From the NCBI RefSeq assembly GCF_000002075.1, contig NW_004797970.1:262925-285322 (forward strand): a DNA stretch of 22,398 bases, given 5' to 3'. Below the pieces are notes generated by a model, which worked only from the letters and a program-made list of their open reading frames with translations, had not been told where the DNA came from and did not search any database. Position 1 is the stretch's first letter. Each line of letters begins with the position of its first letter. Positions 1 through 9,782 of this stretch are shown here, piece after piece. A program made the position numbers and the translations under genes. The stretch comes from Aplysia californica. Taxonomy: Eukaryota.

Positions 1-819
1 ATCCATGATCTAATATCTAGATCTAGATCTCAATCTCAAGGAGATTAAACGTAGAAGACGCATCTTTCTGATTGGCTGCTAATTTTAGTACTGTGATGTC
101 ATCACTTCCTGGGATACCCACATGGAACGACGTTTTCGGTAACTTTTTGGATTCCTAGATCTAGATCTAATACTTGGACGTGATGGAAGATCCTAGAATG
201 TTGATGCTTAGAACAGTAAGATTAAGAACGCTGATGCTTGTTGAAATAGAAACACAGTAAACACAAAGACAACAAATCGCACGAAAATTGCCGTAAAGAC
301 GCGGGAGGATTAGATCTAGATCCACCCCCCCCCCCCCATACACATTCTACATCACTAATATATATATAAATAGATTGCCCTGATCTATAGAAAAAACAAA
401 AAGAACTTCAAAGCTACAGATTATAATTTATGGGACTGTTGGTCAGTCGGGCGGAGGAGAAGAGAAAAAACAAACTGTCTGGGACCGGGATCGAATCGCT
501 CCTAAAATCATTGCATGACTTCAAATGCAGACGCACTCTGTATTCGGCCATCAGAACTTCCGAGAGCGAGAGGTAGGTTAAGCATCATATACATAGACAC
601 TTCCATCTTTGGTGCCATGCGGTTGGCTATACTTAGAATCTAGAGATGTAGTCATGTGATCGGAGGGGTAGTACCTGGTCTGACATCAAACAAGATGGGC
701 GCCTTACCTAAAAATAGTTTGCATCTTTCTACGTTTAATCGCATGTGGTGGTCATTCGTTTCTGACAACTGACGTATAAATGGAATGGCCCCCAACAGTT
801 CAATTATCATACTATTCTA

Positions 820-885
820 TATCTAGATCTAGATCTAGAGTCGTCTAGAGTTCTAGATCTAATATCTAGATTTTAGATCTAAGGG
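820..885. repeat. (TCTAGA)n-derived microsatellite, imperfect. Shorter runs of the same motif lie at 17-35, 155-175, 310-322, 990-1010, 1035-1050, 1085-1105, 1305-1330, 3091-3125 and 6379-6400.
   Basis: This is a direct read of the sequence. Confidence 0.85.
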
Positions 886-1518
886 AGTGTATACAGACCC
901 GGTAACCGGGAACAAAGTCACAAAGTATACAGACCCGGTAGTGGAACTCTTTTGTGATTTTGGAAAGTTTCAAGCGCCCTCTTGGCTCTGGGTAGACCTA
1001 GATCTAGGTTCTTCTATATATCTATGGCCTAGGCTAGGTCTAGATCTAGACAGACAGACATAAATCATTGATCTAGTTTCGAGGCTAGCCTAGATCTAGA
1101 TCTAAATTCTAAATGAAGATTGTGGATGTCTTTTCGTTGAACGATCGTTTTTCCTCTGTTTTGGAGATGGAGGAATCACAATTTGAAGAAAAGAACAATG
1201 TCATAATTTCTCTCGAGCATTCATCCTCTCTATTTCTCTCTCTGTCGCTCGCATTCTCTTTTTCTTTGTTCGTCTCTGTCTTTCTTTCTCCCCACCTATT
1301 TTCCACTAGATCTAGATTCTAGATCTATATCTTTCTCTCGTTCCCTCCTGCCAACTGGGGCATGTCATACATTTTGCTAGCACTTCCCCCTGCTCTCTCT
1401 CTCACACACACACACTACCGGGTCTGGGCGCTGAAACTTTCCGAAATCACAAAAGAGTTCCCTTACCGGGTCTGTATACTTCGTGACTTTGTTCCCGGTT
1501 ACCGGGTCTGTATACACT
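886..1518. mobile_element. Foldback or MITE-like element with roughly 100-bp terminal inverted arms (886-990 and 1418-1518) and a microsatellite-rich interior
   Basis: The left arm agtgtatacagacccggtaaccgggaacaaagtcacaaagtatacagacccggtagtggaactcttttgtgattttggaaagtttcaagcgccc is about 95% identical to the reverse complement of 1418-1518. Each arm contains a direct subrepeat GTATACAGACCCGGTA x2 and a palindromic core cccggtaaccggg. The interior has (TCTAGA)n runs and a CT-rich tract. No target-site duplication is evident. Confidence 0.6.
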
Positions 1519-1639
1519 TCGATTTCGATAGAGAGGAGGATCATTTGAATTTCCCCCAAGACATCATACCCATAATAAATTATACTCTACAGAGACAGAC
1601 AAGATATTGGGATCTGCTAATGTTCAAAGAGGCCAAGAT

Positions 1640-1766
1640 ATCTAGATTCTAGATCCAGATATCTAGATCTAGATCTAGATCTAGATCTAGATCTAGACTT
1701 AGAATCTAGATGTAGATGTAGATGTAGATCTAGCCTACCTAGAATCTAGATCTAGTTCTAGATTTA
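1640..1766. repeat. (TCTAGA)n/(AGATCT)n palindromic hexanucleotide microsatellite with degenerate (TGTAGA)n tail
   Basis: This is a direct read of atctagatctagatctagatctagatctagatctagacttagaatctagatgtagatgtagatgtagatctag... Confidence 0.9.
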
Positions 1767-3481
1767 CCTGTTGTACATATCCACCATCATTTCCATTTCA
1801 AGTTCATTTACAAATTTCACAGCAGCATCGCTGAGTTCTGGCTGGGCAGCCATTTTGACACTAAATATGGGATAAGCTGGAGTTGTGTGAGTGACAAATT
1901 TAAGTCACTGGCACAGCGACAACAAAACTCCGACAATAAATGTCGAGATTCAAGTCTTAATTTTCTTCGAACTTTCCAGCGTCCTTCCCACTTGTCACTG
2001 TTGCACCATGTGTGTCTTGTAAACAAAAGTCAGAGTCACTTCCCTTTTGACCTCTAGAGGCCCGACCGCCGGTTGGTCAGATCTTCATGAGAATGAACGC
2101 TAAAGTGGGGGAAAAATATGATAACAATAATCAAAATAACAAAACAAGGCAGCGCCTCAAGTTATTAGGATGTTCTCTTGTTTGCAAAACAAAATTCGTC
2201 TAAAATGTCCAACAAATTATTCAGTACTTAATCTAATCATACAGCTCAAGGGTCCACATATTTAGCTCTGTTGTATGAAGTGCTCGTAACTTTTGTAATA
2301 AAAAAAAAAAGAAAGAAAGTAAAAAGAGAAGCAGCGTTCATTTTGCTTGTCCTGTAATAGTTGTCGACAGTTTGTTTTGAAAAAAATAACAAAACAGAAC
2401 GACCTACTAAACTGTTAAATAGATAATGTGATTCTGTTTATATTAACAGAAAAACGTGTTTTTGGCTTGGATCAAGGACCCCTCGACTTGACATAGTCTA
2501 AAGGCTTCTAAAACATGCTTTCGCTGAACTGAACAATAAATACAAAAAAATACTAGTCACTTATCATACAAAAATAGATCGGTCTGCCTAGAGGGTAATT
2601 TTTTTTTCTTCAGAAACTGGACGATTAATGGAGAAACATAATGTTCATCCTACTTCTGATTTTGGTCATGCCATCAGAGACATGCCATTTAGTCAAGTGT
2701 AGCCAATCAACGAGATCGACACAATTGTAAACAAAACAAATCACACGACCAATCGTTGACATGGAAATTCCTTCTTCCCCGAAACAACTTAATATTACCT
2801 AATTTCGATTACAGCTGTTCACGAGGAACGCTATGCTCGAGATGACCAGGCATTCACTGACCCGTCCGTTATCTTATTATAGAATCTATGTGACTGAGAG
2901 TTGTTGGATCCCACAAGACAGATTGTAAACCTCAACTCATGTTAAATGTGATAGCTTCTAATCGACATTAGGCCTAGTTTTGCTTGTTAAAGGTAAGAAA
3001 ACTTACAGTTTGTCGCTTTTCGGGCTTTTTTTCTTCTTTCTCTCTCTTTTAAAAACAAAAAACGGACCTCTTCCCTGTCCCTGTCATCTAGAATTCTAGG
3101 TCTGGATCTAGATCTAGATCTAGATAGCATAGCTTGAGAAGTTGCTGTATTGTAAACGTTATTATAAAGTGCTAAAGTAAAGATTAAAGTTAAAGGGTGA
3201 TTCACTCATCACTGATTGTCTTGAAGAATTCCCAAAAATGGTCATTATCTATCATAACTTAAGAATATGTGGCCATTGCCAATGGGCAATAGTTGAGCAG
3301 GTTCAATTGTACTTCACTTTCACTTTCACTACTTCACTCCTTTCTTGTACAATTCTACAGTTTTTCCACCCATGTCTGATCAACACTTGGTGATCTAGTA
3401 GTTCTGTTCGTTAAAGTCCATGATCCATTTGTTTTTAGTTTTTACATCCAGAGAAGAAATCCAGAAGTCTTGATGGAAAGT

Positions 3482-3967
3482 GGCTATTCTCACCCGCCCA
3501 GAAGTTCTGGCAAGATCAACTCCTCCCCTCTTCTCTCTCTCTCTGTCTCTTTCTGAATACTGTCTATCGGTGTGGACGATCAAATTGATCAAAACAAAGT
3601 TAAAAAATGATGTTAAAACACAAAAGTAAATTAATTTGGTTGTCTACAAAGATGCTACGGCTATTTAACTTATTCGAATCGAGCCGAACTACGCGGGTCG
3701 CCATTTTGTTTTGCCCGGAAATTCTCGCGCTACTCCTCTCTCTCTTTCTCTCTCTCTCTCCACTGCCCACAGACAAAATTGTACGCTTTTAGTAGGCTAC
3801 AGTTGTAATGGAACGTTTATTCACGGCACAGAATTCTACAATTTTTCTGTTATCACAGTGTAGAATTCTGTGGTTTAGGGTGAACACAAAATTTGGTGAA
3901 CGCGCACCGGGTGAGAATAGCCACAAGACTAGCCTGCACTATTCTCACTCCGGGTGAGAATAGAGGT
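3482..3967. repeat. Inverted-repeat-bounded segment (ggctattctcacccg at 3482-3496 versus ccgggtgagaatagcc at 3907-3922 and again at 3951-3966) with CT-rich microsatellites inside and a perfect 9-bp-stem hairpin tattctcac-tccggg-gtgagaata at 3940-3963
   Basis: The motif cgggtgagaatag occurs three times, once inverted. (CT)n and (TC)n tracts lie at 3527-3552 and 3736-3768. It is a possible small foldback or MITE. Confidence 0.4.
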
Positions 3968-4075
3968 GGCCGTCTTGATGACCAAATATTATTTGAAATA
4001 GGCTACACAAAGAGTAGGGATGCAACCTTATTATTATAACTCTAACTGCAAAGCATCAAATTAGGATAAAATTCA

Positions 4076-4120
4076 GGGGGGCATGCCCCCCCCTCCCCCC
4101 CCCCCCCCCCCCCCACCTCC
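4076..4120. repeat. G6-CATG-C8-T-C20 homopolymer palindrome-like tract, followed by a similar cagggggcaagcccccc at 4136-4152
   Basis: This is a direct read of the sequence. Confidence 0.85.
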
Positions 4121-4189
4121 ATAATTTTATTAGGTCAGGGGGCAAGCCCCCCTACTCTTGACTTTAACGAACGAAACTACAAAAACGCC

Positions 4190-4330
4190 CAACACTTATC
4201 CCCACGGACAGGTGCGGTACATGCTTTACTGCACACCAGTGCCGATCAGCGTCCCGTGGTGGGGAAAGGGGATGGCTTAGCTCTTACTGTCGCCGATGGG
4301 TGTCCCGTGGGGGCAAAGTGTTAACCGGCC
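4190..4330. repeat. Roughly 140-bp palindromic element: left arm caacacttatccccacggacagg, right arm gtgtcccgtgggggcaaagtgttaacc (reverse complement matches the left arm with 3-4 mismatches), with internal direct repeats gtcccgtgg(t/g)ggg
   Basis: This was found by reverse-complement comparison within the sequence. The upstream neighbour is a G6-CATG-C28 tract. Confidence 0.45.
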
Positions 4331-5330
4331 TTGTGAATGGTTTAGATTTCTAGGTTTTAAAAAAGGGAATTCTCCGGTTTTGGCCTCAAGAGTACTGGAT
4401 ATCAATACTGACTTAAATACTGGGTATCGATGTCCGAAAGAGAGCTAGAGTTGCGCGCTGCTATTTTTCAGTACGAAATAACGCCCCCTCCCCACCCACC
4501 CACCCCAAATGTAACCATAATTTGATGTTTTTCAATTCAATTAGGCTTGATATCTCTTGCTTGCTGGAGTCAAACATTATAATATTGACATGCGCATCGA
4601 AAAGTAATCGTTTAGAACCAGAAGTAATCATTGGTGAAGTCAAACGAAGTGACTATTCGGACTCGAGTCTGATTAGGCAAAAATTATATTCAGACTCTGA
4701 ATTGAGTCTAGCATGACGTCCGTTTGAACTCCCGACCCTTGTTCCTAAAAATATTTCCAGCATTTGTGTAAATTTTTTCGATTATAATGATAACAAGCAA
4801 GACGTGAGCTTTAAAATCCAATTACTAGATCTATCTAAACTGGCCCTCTCTGCATCATTTATGAACAGAACAACCAAGTTGAGTTGACCTTGCTGAGGGC
4901 AAAGTTAATTATGTCGACCAGTGAGATTGCGCGCTGCGATCTCGCACTCTCGGCTTGCTGTTGGAAAGAGACCACGGCTGTCGATTTTGTGCAATGTGAT
5001 TTTTAAAAAATTAATTACAGAAAAACTCTAACACACAACAAAATGAAATTAAACATGCGGAAAGACAAATGGTGGTGGAAGTATTGATAATTCTGTAGGC
5101 TAGTGGTGGTGGAAAGACCCTGTGTTGTCGGTTACTGTGTACTTAGACACTGCCATTGGACAATGAGAGTGCAGTCTTTTGACCTTTGATACCATTAAAC
5201 AGTCCTAGTAGGTAATTCTAGAGTTCTAATTTTGGTTTTATGTAAAATCCCCCGACAACAGTTATATTATGTAACCTCCTTACACTCACATAACTCACTT
5301 AGAAGCAGAGGGAATAAATAAAACATTTTT

Positions 5331-5422
5331 TTCGGACCCGAGTCCAAATAGATAAAACCCATATCGGACTCGAGTCCGAATAGATAAAAAATCTAATCGG
5401 ACTTGAGTCCGAATAGAGCTGG
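5331..5422. repeat. Tandem repeat, about 31-bp unit x3, with palindromic core cggactcgagtccg (TCGGAC[C/T][C/T]GAGTCCGAATAGATAAAA); a related degenerate copy lies at 4656-4712
   Basis: This is a direct read: ttcggacccgagtccaaatagataaaaccca / tatcggactcgagtccgaatagataaaaaatc / taatcggacttgagtccgaatagagctgg. Confidence 0.75.
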
Positions 5423-5656
5423 CAGAAGTCAAAACCCACACGGCCGAAACCGGATTATCCCAGATTGAGTCCTTTCAATGTCAACAGGCTTGCATCATCC
5501 TTGTGAGATGGAAAATTAGAGGGATTGAATAATTGTCATATAGGTCTATCAAGGTGTGATTTGTTAGCTCTTCTTGTAAGTACTGTACTTGTACTTGTAC
5601 ATCAAGCCTTGGACTTTGGAGGACACTTTGCTGTTATGTTTGCCTGTTTTATTTTA

Positions 5657-5705
5657 GGGAGTGTATACAGACTCAGTAACCGGGAACAAAGACACAAAGT
5701 ATACG
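5657..5705 (+). repeat. Solo partial copy (about 48 bp, 4 mismatches) of the 886-1518 foldback arm
   Basis: The string gggagtgtatacagactcagtaaccgggaacaaagacacaaagtatac at 5657-5705 matches gggagtgtatacagacccggtaaccgggaacaaagtcacaaagtatac at 883-931. Confidence 0.7.
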
Positions 5706-7638
5706 TGTCACGACGTGGTGGAATCAGGCACTCGTCAATTTTTGGCTATGTAGAGTTATGGGTATCACCTGAAAGCTTGTTCATTTGCTTTGCATTCAAT
5801 TTAAAAAATATCCATCTTTCTTGAATAGAAGTTGAAATACTTGCGATTGAAGGAGGTGGGGTCGCCCGGTTTCAGAGGTAAAATTAGGGAGAAAATGGCG
5901 GCCAAAGGTTGGTAACTTCAATGGCCTAAAGCTGAAAAATATATATTTTGTGCCTTTAACTCATTCGCTATGCCGAGCCGTTGGGGGCGGCGCGGCTAAT
6001 GTGCCGTCAGTACGCTAAGCCGCCCCCGGCGGCTCGAGAACCGATCTTCAATATTAGTTTAGTAAAGATTCTATTCCAATCCGCATATCGATGTTAAAAT
6101 AAAGGTCATGATATAATGTTGACTTTCGGGTCAAGCATTTCCACTGAAAATCGGAAGTTTAGATTCAGTTTTGAAACGCGATTTCGTAGTTTATTCGACT
6201 TTGTTTTATCGCGATGCCAAAATTATAGCCCGGACACCAGTCTTAGTAATTTTACACAACAAAATCTATCATTATTTTGCCCACTAAAGAAGTGTAGGAC
6301 TCTTTTTTATAATATTGATACGATTGGACTCATATTGCCAATGCACTGTTATTTAGAAATCAATATTTTTGAGTGCCAGATCTAGGTCTAGATCTAAATT
6401 GTCAAAATATGTTTTTCTTCCCAAAATCAATACTTTATGATGAAATTACCCAAAAGATGCCACTCAAGACATGTATAGGTTTATTCCAAATGCAATTCTG
6501 AATATTTCCATATTAGATACGAGTGGGTTTTTATCTGTTTGTGATCGTTTTTCAAGATTATAAAAAAAATTTTTTTCCAATATCGGATGTTATGATCCAA
6601 ATGTACAAATATTATGGAATGTATGTGAATAACTGCAAACTTTTCGATATTTTCCAGTTCTATATTCATTTATGGTTGTTGTGATATATCATTTGACTAG
6701 GTGCAAGCCCTGAGTTTCACCAAAGATTTAAAAAATTTTATTTTCAAATTTTATCCGCATCCAATCAAAATTGTGTTGCATAATGGCCTCTTACAGGAAC
6801 CAAAGTTGAAAAATACATAAATGAACTTTACAGATGTATTCTACAATCCATACTGAAAATATTGGTATATAATATGTTGATATTTATTTGAATTTGTCGC
6901 CCCAAAGACCTTTTAACTGCCCACTAGTCATCATCTCATTCGCCCTCCCGAAAAAAAATTAGTCCGCAAGCCGAAAATAATACGTAGCGAATGAGTTAAT
7001 CAACGTTTGTTGAGCCAAAAAATAAAAATTCAACAAAATTGCCAAACTGACAGAAAAATGCCTGTTTCTTCAATTTCACTAATTTTGACGAGCACCTGAT
7101 GTCACCACTCTGCCTCACATACAGTATTCAGACTCGGCAGGGGAAATCTTTTGTGGCATTACAAAGTTCTATCTGACTTTTTTTGGGGCCATTTTGAGTT
7201 ACTAAGACCATGGCCATGAGGTCAGAGACCAAATGACAAATACTCTTTCAGAAATTCTGCTACATCAAAATCATAAGCTATTCAGAGTTGTTATATCAAG
7301 AACTGCATTCAAGAAAGCTTGACATGTTGTGAAACTAAAACTCTGATGTCAAATTTCTCAAAACTAGGTACTGAGCTGGGGTCCGAGCAGCTCAGGTAGA
7401 ACTTTGTAATTCTAAAAGTAGCATTGTATAGCACTTGTCCTGCTAATTTTTATCTGCTTTACATGACATTGACTTTTTATATATATATATCTGTAGCAAA
7501 ATGAAGTTTTTTTAATTGTTATTTTTTTCTGAACTGATATTTAATTACTACTACTAAGCCTAAATGCATTGTAGTTTTCACGCTGTGGACCATTCTGGGG
7601 GGTTTCAGGAGGACATGCCACCCTGAGGTAAAATCTGT

Positions 7639-7659
7639 GGGGGGGGGGGGGGGGGGGGG
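7639..7659. repeat. Poly-G tract (21 nt)
   Basis: This is a direct read of the sequence. Confidence 0.9.
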
Positions 7660-9207
7660 TGTTACAGGGACTGTTTTATTCCATAATTTAATGTTTTACC
7701 AAATCAGCTTTGAAATTTTTCTTGAAAATAATTGACTTGCGACAGTTTTAGTGGCTACCTGATCTGCAGCAAAAATATGGCCATTTGACCCTCAAGGAGT
7801 GCATCTCTGTGCGGGAGTGAAAGTAAAAATGTGACCTTACATTTTTCCATCCTTGTAAACTTAACCAACATGTACATCTGCCTTGAGATAAGCCTGAAAC
7901 AGAGGACTCATTATTGCATATGGTACGAATGTCTAAGCCTAGTTTCTACTGTTTGGGTATATCTAAATATGTACTATGGGAAGAGGTGTTGAGTTCCTAG
8001 TTTGGTTAAATTTATCAGTTACAGAAGTTCGAACCTGTTGACTTTGTATTTTGTATAGAATATCATAGTTAGTCGTGGTTGTGGTTAGGGTTTGCGCTGG
8101 ATGTAGTAACAATTTTGTAAAAAAAATTTGAAGGGGAATTGCATCAAATTCATTTTCTGTGGGCAGTCATAGTCGTACTAAGGCTCCACGTTCAAGTGCC
8201 CACGTTGAAGCTCTTTCTTTGTTCTTCAAAAGAAAAATTGTTGAACGCAATAACTTCAACTTTTCTCCTGTAGGTGAAGTAACTTGAATTATCTTCGTGT
8301 TTCTTTGGAAATCCAAGTCGCAAAACATGTTATATTGCAGGCCATTTTCTTGCGAATTTTATTTCAAATACCAGACGACTCCTACCTCCTTCAGTCACAA
8401 ATATATTGGCTTTTATTCAAGATAGATGGGTATTTCTTTTTAATCAAAGAAAAGCGAATGAACTGTCTTTAACATGATACCAATAACTCTGTGTGCCAAA
8501 AAATTGATGAGTGCCTGATTCTGCCTTGTCATGACACAATATTTTTGTTATTTTATGTGTGAGATGCAACAAAAAAGTAACTCAAGTGTTACAAAATTAG
8601 CAATTTAAACTGATCTCATTTTCATATTTCAAAAATACATTACCTCATTAGTAAATAGGCATACACTGATTTTAAATATTAATTAGAAGCCGATATATGT
8701 AAGCTTCTTAATTAAGTCACCCCTCTGGTATTCAGTTCTGAAAAATCTGGGTTTGAAGTTGGAAATTTAAATTTTCTCCAATACATGTGATGATTTTAAA
8801 AATTAACCCCCCCCCCCCCCTTTTCTTTTTTTTTAAAGCTTAAAAATGAAAAATGTAAATCAAAGTAACTCATTTTGGCAGAAAAAAGTTTGTTTTAAGG
8901 TTTAAATGATTACATTAAACTTTCTTTTGCCTCTTGAGCAATATGTTATATCTCAGCATAATTTAGCTGGTCTTTCTTTTCCCAAGAAATAATGAACCTG
9001 TTCTATAACTGTGTTAAAAAAGACAGGAAGGAAAGAAAGTGTAATCAGCTGGGTATTCTCTTGCAATTAGGATGTTTTATTCATTTACTTTTTCTTACTC
9101 TGTTGATTTTTTGTTTTCTAAAGCATCTGTCAATTTCATGTCACTAACTTTATTGTTTCTTTCAACTCAGATTCTGTGTATTTGTGCAAGAAACCAGTGG
9201 AGGCAAC

Positions 9208-9245
9208 ATGGCTGATCAAGGGGAAATGAAGCGTTGCTCAAACTG
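9208..9245 (+). CDS. XAF1: XAF1/TRAFD1-like TRAF-type zinc finger protein, coding exon 1 (start codon; MADQGEMKRCSN + first 2 nt of a Cys codon)
   Basis: The ATG at 9208 sits in a good Kozak context (aacATGG). The exon ends at aactg|gtaagg, a donor in phase 2; TG plus the first C of the next exon gives Cys, producing CSNCKR, which matches the human XAF1 N-terminus CRNCKR. Upstream, a polypyrimidine tract followed by ...ttcaactcag at about 9170-9179 suggests this may not be the first transcribed exon. Confidence 0.6.
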
Positions 9246-9589
9246 GTAAGGAAATTGATGATTGACTTAGTGATGTGAAAATATCAGGAAATATAAGTAA
9301 TTTAATTTTTTTACAAAGGTTTTGTTTCCTGAATTGTCTTACAGCAACAGGGAATGACTCATTTTTGTCCTTTCAATGAGTCTGTCTGACACTTTATTTC
9401 CCTATACTTCAAAGTAGCTAAGTAAAGAAAAATCTTTTTATTGTGTTCTTTCGTTGCGGTATAAGTTGACATTTTTTTTTTTTACACTACTGCTCTGTTG
9501 ACATGAGTTTCTATTTTAGTGAAGGAGCCTGATTTCCTTTCATTTCAGTTTGGCTTTGGCTGTATTTTTGTCTCTTATTTATTTTACAG

Positions 9590-9782
9590 CAAGCGTGACA
9601 TCTCTTCGTCCAACTTTGTAATGCACGAGATGCACTGTCGCCGACATATTGTCCTTTGTGACCACTGCCAGGAACCTATACCTCGCTCGGAGCTGGAGCA
9701 GCATTTCAATGACGTACATGCCAAAACGCCATGTGTACTGTGCAAGATGGAAGTAGCGAAGGAGAATATGGAGAAACATATG
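9590..9782 (+). CDS. XAF1: XAF1-like coding exon 2 (TRAF-type zinc fingers: KRDISSSNFVMHEMHCRRHIVLCDHCQEPIPRSELEQHFNDVHAKTPCVLCKMEVAKENMEKHM)
   Basis: The acceptor is ttattttacag| at 9589 and the donor is catatg|gtatgg at 9783, with phase 1 in and phase 0 out. The Cys/His spacing aligns with human XAF1 residues about 8-75 (CRNCKRHVVSANFTLHEAYC...LCPECEEPVPKETMEEHC...GCTMCQQSMQKSSLEFH). The open frame is in the ORF track at 9519-9809. Confidence 0.85.

Noticed and set aside
2690-2760. Two CCAAT boxes (agccaatca, gaccaatcg) as a candidate promoter
   Set aside because: They lie about 6.5 kb upstream of the XAF1-like ATG with no TATA or Inr context and no nearby exon. Isolated CCAAT pentamers are expected by chance.
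5525-6385. ORFs 5525-5824 and 6116-6385 in the intergenic region
   Set aside because: They have no recognisable motifs or splice context. 5525-5824 overlaps the solo foldback-arm repeat. I treat them as chance ORFs in AT-rich DNA.
5957-6998. Perfect 14-bp inverted repeat taactcattcgcta / tagcgaatgagtta about 1 kb apart, with a GC-rich 16-bp-stem hairpin (gagccgttgggggcgg...ccgcccccggcggctc) at 5975-6036 just inside
   Set aside because: A 14-bp inverted match is about what chance predicts once in a 22-kb window, and the flanks do not extend the match. The GC hairpin itself is real, but I cannot tie it to a function.
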